This document shows, one piece after another, positions 26,048-36,715 of a stretch of 64,000 nucleotides of DNA. Numbering within the stretch: position 1 is the first letter of the stretch; every line of letters starts with the position of its first letter. Both the position numbers and the translations under genes were made by a program. Origin of the DNA: Mobula hypostoma (taxonomy: Eukaryota); NCBI RefSeq assembly GCF_963921235.1, contig NC_086097.1, positions 54,934,001 to 54,998,000 on the forward strand, written 5' to 3'. The notes beneath the pieces are model-generated. The model saw only the letters and a list, made by a program, of their open reading frames with translations. It did not search any database and had not been told where the DNA came from.

Positions 26048-26152
26048 TTTGAACGCTAAATTTGGGACGGAGTAAATTGATTGGGTTAAAATTCCCGAAA
26101 GAAAGAAAAGACAAACAGCAGAAATGGAGGTTAATTTATAAAGGCGCCGACC

Positions 26153-29122
26153 TTGGAGGCATTAGAGGATGCCAGGAAATCGGAATTGATAGCTGTGGCA
26201 AAACGGGTGAATCTTGCTAAGGTGAAGTCGACAATGAGGAGAGAGGAGATACACAGAGCTATTGTAGAGCACTATGTATCTAAAGGTGTGTTTCCCCAAG
26301 GTGAGCTGGGGGAGGTGTCTATTGAAAAACCTGCTGGAGACGCGGTACAGGTACAGCTTGAAAAACTGAGACTCGAGCACGAGTTCCGGGTACGGCAGTT
26401 AGAACACGAAGAGAAGCAGTTAGAAAGGCAGGAGAAAGAGAGAGAGTTAGAAAGGCAGGAGAAAGAGAGAGAGTTAGAAAGGCAGGAGAAAGAGAGAGAG
26501 TTAGAAAGGCAGGAGAAAGAGAGAGAGTTAGAAAGGCGGGAGAAAGAGAGAGAGTTAGAAAGGCGGGAGAGAGAGAAAGAGTTAGAAAGGCGAGAGAGAG
26601 AGAAAGAGGTAGAAAGGCAAGAGAGAGAAAGACAGTTGGAGAGAGAAGAGAGAGAGAGGGACAGACAGTTGGAGAGAGAGGAGAAACAGAGGGAAAGGGA
26701 ATTTGAGCTGGAGAAGTTAAAGATAAGGGCCGAGCAGGGGCTCGTGCCGAACCAAGGTGGAGGGTTCCGGGCGACCCAGGAGGTTAGGCTGGTTCCCCCA
26801 TTTGACGATACCGATGTGGATCGGTACTTTCTCCACTTCGAAAAGGTGGCTATAAGTCAGGAATGGCCGAGGGATAAGTGGGTTGTCTTACTTCAGAGTG
26901 TACTGAAAGGGAAGGCCCAACAAGCTTACTCCGCTTTATCCGCGGAAGATGCCCAGAAGTATGAGGTGGTGAAGGAGGCCATCCTCAGGATTTATGAGTT
27001 GGTCCCGGAGGCATACCGGCAGAGGTTCCGGAATGCGAGGAAGCGGTGGGACCGCACGTATTTGGAGTTTGCTCGCGAGATGCAAACATATTGTGAGCGT
27101 TGGTGCGCCTCGAAGGGGGTAGAGGGGGATTATGACAGACTGCTGCAGCTGATTCTGATTGAGCAGTTTAAAGGTTGTGTCCCTGAGGGTATGAGACCCT
27201 ACCTCGATGAGAAAGAGGCAGCCACGTTAGCCGCAACTGCTAAGTTAGCGGATGAGTATGCGTTGACGCATAAAATGAAGGTTGCCCCGAGTAAAGGCTA
27301 CCAGAAGGGTAGTCAGGACGGAGGGGAGAGTCCGCCGGAAAAGTCAGAAAGTAAGCCGGGGACTAGTGAAAAGGATAAGGTAGACCGGGAGCAGTCTGGT
27401 AGGAAGTCTCCTGGGGTCGTCTGTTATAATTGTGGGAAAGTCGGACACTTTGCGTCCAGGTGCTTTGCCCCAAGGAAGGAGACGGGGAAAGGAAAAGCGG
27501 AAATTTGGAATGGCTGTATTGAGCTGTTAAGCGAACCGCTAGGGAAGGACAGGTCTGAAAAAGTCCAGGAAGGGCGCGAGAGGTTTATCTCGGCCGGACT
27601 GGTGTCAGTGAAAAAGAGGTTAAAACCAGTTCCAGTGCGGATCTGGAGAGACACGGGAGCGTGTCAGTCACTAATACTGAAGAGTGTATTAGAGTTTAGC
27701 TCAGAGACCCAGACTGGGGAGGTAGAGGTCAAAGGTGTTGGGGAAGGGACAGAGTCAGTCCCTTTGCACCAGATACATTTACAGAGCAACCTGGTCTCTG
27801 GACTAGTCACGATCGGGGTGAGGTCCGAATTACCAATGAAAGACGTGGAAGTCTTGCTCGGTAATGACATCGCCGGAGGAATCGTGTTCCCAGTCGTGAG
27901 ATTGACGGGTCAGCCTGCCAGCATGGAGGCCCCGCCCGCGATGGTGAATTTGGCTGAAACATTTCTGCCAACCTTGTATGAGACAGGGTGTAGTGAGATA
28001 AGAGGTAGTGAGGGAGCTGGGACGGACGTAGCAGTAGCCAGGAAAGAATTTGTGCAGACGCAGGAGCGAGACGAGGGGCTGATGGTTTTTGCCGAGACCG
28101 CTCTCTCTGACACAGCCTTGACAAGCTATTGCGCGGATGAGGAAGTGCTAAGGAAGAAAGGGAAATCAAGTACAGCATCCGCAGATGAGGAGTGGGGGGT
28201 GGTGCAAAAGAGTTATGGGGATGAGGTTTTTAACATGGCCCACGAGGTACCCCCCGGTGGACATTTTGCGGTGCTGGAGGAAACAGTTGGTGGAATCATG
28301 AAAGAGAGTTACCGGCTGCCCAGGGGGAAAAATGTTATTGATCATGACCGACGCGAACTGAGACGGTCACCGGCTTTTGATATGCTAACAAACCTAGTCG
28401 GTGTTAGCGTGGAAATCAATGAAGCTAGGGGCCCCCTGCTAAGAGAAAAAAACCATTTTGAAAAGATTAGGATGGGATCGGTCAGATGGGAGAAGGCTAT
28501 TGTTTTGGCCAGGTCTACTGATAAGGTCTCTCCCTTAATCCCCGAAGGAGTAATTAAACGACTCGCACCTATGTGTTTGATTGTCCCGAGGAAATGCAAA
28601 GAACTGGGACGTTGGGTTATGTCTGTTACAATAGGGCAGCCAAGTAAACAACACCCATATTTTTCGAGTAATTCAGTGACTAAAGGGCTGATGAACACAG
28701 AGGTGTGTATTGGCAATTTAACACGGCTGTCTGAAGCCAGCTTGATAGTGAACCTTGGAAAAAATGAATTCGGCCACACGAATGTCACTTACCTGGGAAT
28801 TGTGGTGACACAGGGGCAGCTGGCAGTGATGCAAGCTACAGTGCAGGCTATCGCTGACCTCCCAACCCCGACAGACAAGAGGGCCCTCAGAAGGCTTTTG
28901 GAGATGGTGGGGTACTGCAGGAAGTTTTGCAATAACTCTGCGGTCAATACCCGTCCCCCTCCTACTAAGCCCTTGCGAGAGAAAACTGAGTCGGAATGGG
29001 ACGACCCTTGTTATTGTGGTCCGGGACAAAACCAAATGAGAGGTTACATTGGTCGCAATTCATCAGTGTTTTTGGCCACTATGAAGTTTGCTGAGTTGGA
29101 GCCTGGTCTAAGGGATTATTAA
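26153..29122 (+). CDS. Gag-protease polyprotein with degenerate integrase/RT tail (989 codons)
   Basis: Coiled coil, capsid/SCAN-like region (VPPF...YFLHFEKVA...LKGKAQQAY...YELVPEAYRQRFR...LIEQFK), CCHC knuckle CYNCGKVGHFASRC, protease RDTGA and LLGND, IN zinc-finger half AHEVPPGGH, RT remnants (VTYLG, PTPTDKRALRRLLEMVGYCRKF). The annotated start is TTG and the natural ATG is out of frame. Confidence 0.92.
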   Translation: MEALEDARKSELIAVAKRVNLAKVKSTMRREEIHRAIVEHYVSKGVFPQGELGEVSIEKPAGDAVQVQLEKLRLEHEFRVRQLEHEEKQLERQEKERELERQEKERELERQEKERELERQEKERELERREKERELERREREKELERREREKEVERQERERQLEREERERDRQLEREEKQREREFELEKLKIRAEQGLVPNQGGGFRATQEVRLVPPFDDTDVDRYFLHFEKVAISQEWPRDKWVVLLQSVLKGKAQQAYSALSAEDAQKYEVVKEAILRIYELVPEAYRQRFRNARKRWDRTYLEFAREMQTYCERWCASKGVEGDYDRLLQLILIEQFKGCVPEGMRPYLDEKEAATLAATAKLADEYALTHKMKVAPSKGYQKGSQDGGESPPEKSESKPGTSEKDKVDREQSGRKSPGVVCYNCGKVGHFASRCFAPRKETGKGKAEIWNGCIELLSEPLGKDRSEKVQEGRERFISAGLVSVKKRLKPVPVRIWRDTGACQSLILKSVLEFSSETQTGEVEVKGVGEGTESVPLHQIHLQSNLVSGLVTIGVRSELPMKDVEVLLGNDIAGGIVFPVVRLTGQPASMEAPPAMVNLAETFLPTLYETGCSEIRGSEGAGTDVAVARKEFVQTQERDEGLMVFAETALSDTALTSYCADEEVLRKKGKSSTASADEEWGVVQKSYGDEVFNMAHEVPPGGHFAVLEETVGGIMKESYRLPRGKNVIDHDRRELRRSPAFDMLTNLVGVSVEINEARGPLLREKNHFEKIRMGSVRWEKAIVLARSTDKVSPLIPEGVIKRLAPMCLIVPRKCKELGRWVMSVTIGQPSKQHPYFSSNSVTKGLMNTEVCIGNLTRLSEASLIVNLGKNEFGHTNVTYLGIVVTQGQLAVMQATVQAIADLPTPTDKRALRRLLEMVGYCRKFCNNSAVNTRPPPTKPLREKTESEWDDPCYCGPGQNQMRGYIGRNSSVFLATMKFAELEPGLRDY
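26415..26710 (+). repeat. In-frame 27-bp tandem repeat encoding (ERQEKEREL)n coiled coil
   Basis: GAGTTAGAAAGGCAGGAGAAAGAGAGA is repeated several times, then degenerates. Confidence 0.9.
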
Positions 29123-29282
29123 TAACACGTGTAAAAGGAACAGAAAATGTGATGACTGTCTGTCAAGGTGTTGACAGCTTCAAATTCTCTGTATTAGCTA
29201 AATAACTGTTAAAGATGTATATTGTGTATGTATCAGATAATGTAGTCATGTTTGTAATTTTTACCTCCCGGTAAAAATCCTT

Positions 29283-29294
29283 AAAGGGGGGAAG
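29283..29294 (+). promoter_or_regulatory. Polypurine tract
   Basis: AAAGGGGGGAAG immediately 5' of the 3' LTR. Confidence 0.9.
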
Positions 29295-30148
29295 TGTTAC
29301 GAGAATACACATAAAATTAAGATGTTTGCTGGCCTGGGCTAGCACCAGTGGCATCAGCAGTTGGTCTGCCACCTGCCCTCAGGGGAAGGAGAGATAAGGA
29401 ACAATGGAGCAGCGTCTGGAGATGTGTAATGAAGGGATGTGGGAGGAAGAGCTGTCTGGAGCGGCTCCCCCCTTTGAACCCTGAACTGTTTGAAGTGATG
29501 GACAGGCGATACCCCAGCAGGGGGATAAAAAGGGGACAGGTTCGCTAAGACAGACACACGCCACCCGAGGTAACGAGACCCTGGAAGCGGTGCGCCTCTC
29601 ACGAGTGGTGAGAAGTACCGGACAACGCACAGGGTGGAAAGGTACGATCAGCGGGAACCCGGTGTGTGTCCGCCCTTGCCTGGGTGCCGGGTTCACTGCA
29701 GAGGATCGACCGCATCTGGAGGAGGGGTCACAGTCGGTGACCTCAGGTGACATCACCAAGGACCCGCCCAAAAGTTGCTCGTGAGAAATCTCGCTGGTCT
29801 GTGAGTGAAGCTGTGCTGAATGATGAGTTGTTCTCTCTGTCTCTCTTCCCCCACCTTTGTCCATCGCCATGGCAACGATTACTGCGAACTGAACTACAAA
29901 CTGGACTGAACTTTGAGTCATTTTGAAATTGGTCATTTACCCCTAGACAACGATAGAGCTTGATTGATGCTGTTATCTTAATTCTGTGTACATGTGTGGT
30001 TATCATTGTTGAATTGTTGCATTTATTATCCTTTCGATTACTGTGTTGCTTGTTTCTTTAATAAAACTTTCTTAGTTCTAGTACTCCAGACTCCAACTGA
30101 GTGATCCATTTCTGCTGGTTTGGCAACCCAGTTACGGGGTACGTAACA
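29295..30148 (+). repeat. 3' LTR (854 bp)
   Basis: Matches the 5' LTR. The only difference I found is C29345 versus T25222. Confidence 0.97.
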
Positions 30149-30567
30149 CACCATACATTCTGCCTTTTTGCAATTGATTGATAGACCCATTTTCGCACTT
30201 TCTTCAACAACTATATCAATTAAGTTTTGTAGTTCTTCCTCCGTACTTGTAATTAACACAGTGTCATCCGCATATCTAAATTATTGATGTTTTCATCGCC
30301 AACTTTGATTCCCAAGATGTCTCTTATTTTTTGTAATATTGTTTCACTGTACACATTAAACAAATCAGGGGAGAAAACACACCCTTGTCTAACGCCTCTC
30401 TTGAATTTCATAAAGTGACTCACTTCTCCATCTATACCAAGCAGATACCATTTTTTTTTCCACCAAGAGCCCTTTTCTCCAGCCAAGGGTATGTATCCCT
30501 CACAGAACAGACAAACCGATGGACTATTTCTGTTCCATTAGTTCTAGCCTCAGTTAGAGCACAGGAC

Positions 30568-30800
30568 CTTAAGAAATAGGAGCAGAATTAGGCCATTTGG
30601 TCTACCGAGTCTGTTCCATTATTTCATCATGGCTGATCCATTTCTCTCTCAGCCCCAATCTCTTGCCTTCTCCCATATCCCTTCATGCCCTAACTAATCA
30701 AGAATCTATCAACCTCTGCTTTAAATATACCCAATAACGTGGCCTCCACAGCTGCCTGTGGCAATGAATTCCACAGATTTACCAATCTCTGGCCAAAGAA
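30568..30800 (-). mobile_element. CR1 3' end fragment
   Basis: Encodes FFGQRLVNLWNSLPQAAVEA...FKAEVDRFL plus the CR1 3' UTR. Confidence 0.8.
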
Positions 30801-31195
30801 CCACTTGCTGGCTAAAGAATCATTAAAGAAACAAGTGTTTGCTTTACTTCTCACAGTGGCCACAGTAGTGGCAAAGCTGCTTCCTTTAGCCTTAAAACGA
30901 AATTGTGACTTAGTTTTGTTTACACCTTTGCTTATTGTCGGTGATGTAGCATCCTGTATATTTCCAAACACTGGGTGTGTAGTAATCCTCACTTGCCTAT
31001 CAATAAAATCAACAAGGTCTGTGAAAGTAATCTTCCGGTTGTGTCTTTCTTGCTGTTTTCAGACCATTCTCCATTTATCCCTAAGCACATAGGGCAATTT
31101 CTACATGACAATCTACATATTAGCAGGCATGTCCAGCTCATGTATGTGCAGGACTTCTTCCACGGCTTTGCAACACCCTTTAAGAAAACGACTGT

Positions 31196-31316
31196 TCTCG
31201 GCCTGAAACATTGACTCTACTTTTTCCCATAGATGTTGCCTGGCCTGCTGAGCTCCTCCAGCATTTTGCGAGTATTGCTTGGATTTCCAGCATCTACAGA
31301 TTTTTGCTTGCTTGTG
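31196..31316 (+). mobile_element. Short Penelope tail insertion with 15-bp TSD
   Basis: Flanked by TAAGAAAACGACTGT (31181-31195) and TAAGAAAAAGACTGT (31317-31331). The body matches the Penelope 3' tail. Confidence 0.8.
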
Positions 31317-32216
31317 TAAGAAAAAGACTGTAGACTTGAAGTGTTTTCACGTATTCAGATTCCCATCGCCAAGACTTAGCTTTTAACAATCATTTCTTAT
31401 TTGTCAACATGCTGGCAACTTCTGATAAGTTCTCAAGGGCGACCCCTAGTGTACCTCAAGGAAATAGAGGCAGTCACCATAGCTCTCAGTCTTGCCTTCA
31501 ACGTTATTTTCAAAAGCCCTCATGAAAGCATGATACTGCACGGCTCTTCATCAAAGATTTGAAAATCTCTTTTAGGCAATGATGAAATACATTGTCGTTG
31601 TACCAATAAGGTTGTTATTTCATTTTGTTCCACATGATATCAATAATACTATTCTAACATCTATTCTCTAAAGAGCAGTTCGATATGACATAGATTCAGA
31701 GTACCTCATTAGTGTAGGCTATAAGTAAACACTCTGAACAATCTCTTGTGGGGGGGGAGGTTATATTCATGTTTCACAGACACTTGAAGAAGAAATGAAT
31801 CAACATTGACTTTCAGCTTGCTCCTGCCCCACCGAACTCATTTCTGCATACCCCCCACCCCGTTCAATCCCTTCCCACCTATGTTCGTGACACTTCTCAC
31901 GTTCTGAATCTTTTCAATGATTTTAAGTTCCCTGGCCCTCACCGCTTTATTTTCACCATGGATGTCCAGTCCCTATATACCTCCATCCCCCACCAGGAAG
32001 GTCTCAAAACTCTCCACTTCTTTTTGGATTCCAGACCTAATCAGTTCCCCTCTACCACCACTCTGCTCCGTCTAGCAGAATTAGTCCTTACTCTAAATAA
32101 TTTCTCCTTTGGCTCCTCCCACTTCCTCCAAACTAAAGGTGTAGCCATGGGCACCCGTATGGGACCCAGCTATGCCTGCCTTTTTGTTGGCTGTGTGGAA
32201 CCGTCCATGTTCCAAG

Positions 32217-33569
32217 GATCTGGTTCGGAGGGGCTGAGGCGTGCAACAAGAACTGGCAGGAGCGGACTGCCAAGGCGAAACAGAAACTGGGACTGTGGGG
32301 AGGGCGCTCCCTGTCGATAACGGGCAAGAACTTGGTCATCAGGTGTGAGGTGCTCTCAGGGCTGCTGTACTTGGTGCAGGTCTGGCCTGTCCCCCACTCT
32401 TACAGCTCGGAAATCACCCGGGCTGTCTTCAGATTCGTCTGGGGATCCAAGATGGAGCGGGTGAGACGGACTGTCATGCACAAGTCCCTGGACAACGGGG
32501 GCAAGAACGTCCCCAATGTCGCCCTCACCCTGATGGCCAGCTTCGTATGTGGCTGCATCAGGTTGTGTGTAGAGCCCAGGTATGTGGGCACCATGTACCA
32601 CTATGTGCCCAGGTTCTACTTGTCGCCCTGGCTACGAAGGACGGGTCTGGCCCCACTCCCGCGCAACGCCCCAGTCAGCTGGTCGTTGCCAGCATACCTG
32701 TCCTACGTAGCAAAGTTCTTCCAGGAGAACGCCTTTGACCACAGGGCCATCAGGCAGTGGTCGGCACGTAGTGTCCTGCAGGCACTGCAGGAGTAGGACG
32801 TGATGGACACAGTGGGGTGGTTCCCTGAGCAGACCGTCCAGTTCATCTGGCAAAATGCCTCATCGCCAGATCTCACCAACAGGCACCAAGACCTCGCCTG
32901 GCTGGCGGTGAGAGGGGCCCTCCCAGTCAGAGCCCTCCTGTACGCCGGGAACGTCGTCTCCGCACCTCACTGCCCACGGGAGGACTGCAATGAGGAGGAG
33001 TCTGTGACCCACCTCTTTGCACACTGCCAGTTCGCATAGAGGGTGTGGAGGAGGATGGACGGGCTAGTGTCACGTTTTATCCCCAGCAGCTGCGTAACAG
33101 AGGACTCTCTGATCTACGGGCTGTTCCCGGGGACGCACATGGAGACCAACATCCGGTGCTGCTGGCAGATCATCAACTCGGTGAAAGACACTCTTTGGTC
33201 GGCCCGAAACTTGATGATCTACCAGCACATGGAGATCTCCGTGGGAGAGTGCTGCCGACTGGCACATTCTCGGCTGCAGGAGTACGTGCTGAGGGACGCA
33301 CTGAAACTTGGTGCAGCCACCGCAAGGGCCCGGTGGGGAAGGACCACAGTATAGGTTTCTCCACCCGTGGGAGTGGGAGGGGTCGGTGGGCGGGGAGTAT
33401 ACCCCTCAACAATGATATGCTGAGCTGAACTACTGGAGTGCCACGTGGGTGGCTATAAATACGGATATGTACTGAGTATAATGGAAACGTATGTAAAGGA
33501 TGAAAAGTTATTGAATGGTTTTTTGTACATAGTTATTTTTGAATAAAGTATATTTTGAAATAAAAAAAA
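32217..33569 (+). mobile_element. Tx1/L1-like LINE 3' fragment nested in the Penelope RT
   Basis: GC-rich. Encodes RAVFRFVWGSKMERVRR, GGKNVPN and a zf-RVT-like CPREDC...ESVTHLFAHC, with in-frame stops. Ends in AATAAA plus an A-rich tail, after which the Penelope RT resumes. Confidence 0.9.
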
Positions 33570-33982
33570 TATACTGGTATCCGTCCCCAGCTTTTCCTTT
33601 GCTACATCGACGACTGCATTGGCGCTACTTCCTGCGCACATGCTGAGCTTGTTGACCTCATTAACTTTGCCTCCAACTTTCACCCTGCCCTCAAATTTAT
33701 CTGGTCCATTTCCGACACCTCCCTCCCTTTTCTTGATCTTTCCGTCTCTATCTCTGGAGACAGCTTATCTACTGATGTCTACTATAAGCCCATGCCCTCT
33801 CACAGCTACCTGGACTACTCCTCTTCCCACCCTGTCAAAATACCATCCCCTTCTCGCAATTCCTCCATCTCCGCCGCATCTGCTCTCAGAATGAGGCTTT
33901 TCATTTCAGGATGAAGGAGATGTCCTCCTTTTTAAAGAAAGGGGTTTCCCATCCTCCACCATCAACTCTGCCCTCAAACGCA

Positions 33983-34638
33983 GAAGATGGCGGTGTGACG
34001 CAGTGCGCAGCGGCCACTCTGGAATGAATATCTGTTATTTGTTGAGTAGGATGCCGTGCACAATCCTGATTTGATGGAGGCGGACATGAGAAGCACGGAG
34101 GAACATTTGTTGAAACTTCTGAAATGCCTGTTTCGCTGCCGCTGCTACTGTGCGATCCAGAATCTCCAGAGGGGAAGGCCCCGAATCCTCGGCTTTGCCT
34201 ATTGCTCGGCGGCCGGGGCCAGGGTCGAAGCGCTCAGCAGAGATGGTGCTCGGTGTTGGAGGCTCGAAGTTTTCGGACGGACTCAGAGCTGGCTGTGGTC
34301 AGGTGCTTCCAGAGTGCTGCATCGGCAAGTTTGCGGCGCTAGAGGTTCATGGCAGGGAGAGTTTTTCTTCCTTCTACCGTCTGTGTGAGATGATGGGCTA
34401 TTGGGGCTTTGAGACCTTTTTTTTACCGTGCCAATGGTCTGTTCTTTATCAAATTACGGTATTACTTTGCACTGTTGTAACTATATGTTATAATTATGTG
34501 GTTTCTGTCAGTTTTAGTCTTGGTCTGTCTTGTGTTTCTGTGGGATCATACTGGAGGAACATTGTATCATTTTTTAATGCATGCATTACTAAATGACAAT
34601 AAACGAGGACTCAGTGTCCTCATAATCTAATCTAACCT
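33983..34638 (+). mobile_element. Non-autonomous retroposon (656 bp) with YY1-like 5' end and (TCTAA)n tail, TSD AAACGCA
   Basis: AAACGCA at 33976-33982 and 34639-34645. Begins GAAGATGGCGG. Ends AATAAA...CATAATCTAATCTAACCT. Confidence 0.85.
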
Positions 34639-36028
34639 AAACGCATCTCTCCCATTTCACGCTCATCTGCTCTCACCTCATCCTCCCGCCACCCCACTAG
34701 GGATAAGGTTCCCCTTGTCCTCACCTACCACCCCACCAGCCTCCGTGTCCAACATACAATTCTCTGTAACTTCCGCCACCTCCAACGGGATCCCACCACC
34801 AAGCACGTCTTTCCCTCCCCCCCAAATTTCTGTTTTCCGCAGGGATCGCTCCCTACACGACTCCCTTATCCATTCGTTTCCCTACCTCCCCATCCCTTCC
34901 CACCGATCTCCCTCCTGGCACTTACCCTTGTAAGCAGAACAAATGCTACACCTGCCCTTACACTTCCTCCCTCACCATCATTCAGGGCCCCAGACAGTCC
35001 TTCTAGGTGAGGAAACACTTCACCTGTGAGTCTGCTGGTGTGATATACTGTGTCCGGTGCTCCCGGTGTGGCCTTCTGTATATTGGTGAGACCCAACGCA
35101 GACTTGGAGACCATTTCGCTGAACACCTACGCTCTGTCCGCCAGAGAAAGCAGGATCTCCCAGTGGCCACATATTTTAATTCCACGTCCCATTCCCATTC
35201 TGATATGTCTATCCACGGCCTCCTCTACTGTCAAGATGAAGCCACACTCAGGTTGGAGGAACAACACCTTATATTCCGTCTGGGTAGCCTCCAACCTGAA
35301 GGCATGAACATTGATTTCTGTAACTTCTGCTAATGTCCCTCCTCCCCTTCTTACCCTATCCCCTATTTTATTTATTTATTCATTTATTATTTCCCCCCTT
35401 TCTTTTTCTCTCTCTCTTTCCCTCTCGCAATCACTCCTTGCCTGCTCTCCATCTTCCTCCGGTGCTCCCCTCCCCTTTTCTTTCTCCCGTGTCTCCAACT
35501 TTGTTTTGCTTTTAGCCAATCAACTTCCCAGCTCTTAGCTTCATTCCTCCTCCACCTGTCTTTGCCTATCATTTTGGATCTCCCCCTCCCCCTCCCACCC
35601 TCCTTCTTTCAAATCTCTTACTATCTCTTCTTTCAGTTAGTCCTGACGAAGGGTCTCAGTCTGAAATGTCGACTGTACCTCTTCCTATAGATGCTGCCTG
35701 ACCTGCTGTGTTCTACCAGCATTTTGTATGTGTGTTGCTTGAATTTCCAGCATCTGCAGATTTTCTCGTGTTGACATTGACTGTTTTTGCGCCCTATCAA
35801 TATAAGAACTCACACCATAGGACTGTCCTGCTGGAGCACTTTTAGCACATGGCTCACTTGAAGCCCTTAGCACATTAACCTTGGCCACCTATGTGCAAAT
35901 TTCTTGCTGCAGCTTAAGCTGCTCCTCTCTTTTCCATAGCTGTTCCTCTTGCTTTTCCAGTGCATGCTTGTCCTTCGATAATTGTTGCTGTGTAATTAAT
36001 GCAGCTAAATCAACCTCTATCTGAATGC

Positions 36029-36646
36029 ATGCAGAGGATGTATTAAATAGGAGTTGGGATGTAATGTTGAAATTGTACAAGGCATTGATGAGGCCAAATT
36101 TGAAGTATTGTGTACAGTTTTGGTCACCGAATTATACGAAAGATGTCAACAAAATAGAAACAGTACAGAGAAGATTTACTAGAATGTTACCTGGGTTTCA
36201 TCACCTAAGATACAGAGAAAGGTTGAACAAGTTGGGTCTTTATTCTTTGGAGTGCAGAAGGTTGAGTGGGGACTTGACAGAGGTATTTAAAATTATGAGG
36301 GGGATAGATAGAGTTGACGTGGATAGGCTTTTTCCATTGAGAGTGGGGGAGATTCAAACAAGAGGACATGAGTTGAGAGTTAAAGGGCAAAAGTTTAGGG
36401 GTAACATGAGGGGGAACTTCTTTATTCAGAGAGTGGTGGCTGTGTGGAACGAGCTTCCAGCAGAAATGGTTGAGGCAGGTTCAATGTTGTCATTTAAAGT
36501 TAAATTGGACAGCTATATGGGCAGGAAAGGAATGGAGGGTTATGGGCTGAGTGCAGGTCGGTGGGACTAGGTGAGAGTAAGAGTTTGGCACGGACTAGAA
36601 GGGCCGAGATGGCCTGTTTCCGTGCTGTAATTGTTATATGGTTATA
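36029..36646 (+). mobile_element. CR1 3' fragment
   Basis: ORF 36025..36570 (LYKALMRPNLKYCVQFWSP...TRGHELRV...FFIQRVVAVWN) and a short GTTATATG repeat tail. Confidence 0.9.
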
Positions 36647-36715
36647 CGGAAGATGCTCTGCCTCCAGTAGAAATTCGAGCACTGACATGTTGCTCAGGTT
36701 GACAGCATCCTGTGG

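Larger units (their letters stand above)
25172..30148 (+). mobile_element. Young Gmr1-like Gypsy LTR retrotransposon, non-autonomous (4977 bp), TSD CACC
   Basis: Paired LTRs, PBS, PPT, CACC at 25168-25171 and 30149-30152, and Gag-PR-(IN)-(RT) domain order. Confidence 0.96.
24521..30438 (-). mobile_element. 5'-truncated RTE-clade LINE split by the Gypsy element; TSD AAGCAGAT
   Basis: RT motifs GVRQGCVFSPDLFNVYSE, F.YLGS, MLYGSECWT, RRMQRISW...SNEDV. (GAT)n tail at 24521. AAGCAGAT at 24513-24520 and 30439-30446. The coding sequence rejoins across the LTR insertion (KAECMV|ISKKK). Confidence 0.92.
31812..35770 (+). mobile_element. Penelope-like element (RT + GIY-YIG), 5'-truncated, with two nested insertions
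   Basis: RT motifs MDVQSLYTSIPH, LTLNNFSF, GVAMGTRMGPSYA, YIDD (about 33603). GIY-YIG 35007-35333 (VIYCVRCSRCGLLYIGET). Hammerhead-type tail at about 35638-35674. TSD-like TCAACATTGACT (31800-31811) and TTGACATTGACT (35771-35782). Confidence 0.93.

Noticed and set aside
26153..29122. Domesticated SCAN/Gag-derived host gene, or a retrovirus because of the tRNA-Pro PBS
   Set aside because: It is flanked by near-identical LTRs, PBS, PPT and a TSD, so it is a recent mobile copy. Gag and pol remnants are Gypsy/Gmr1-like and no env is present.
31958..32320. Apparent chimeric ORF joining Penelope RT to new sequence
   Set aside because: It is read-through across the Tx1 insertion junction, out of frame with Tx1 ORF2.
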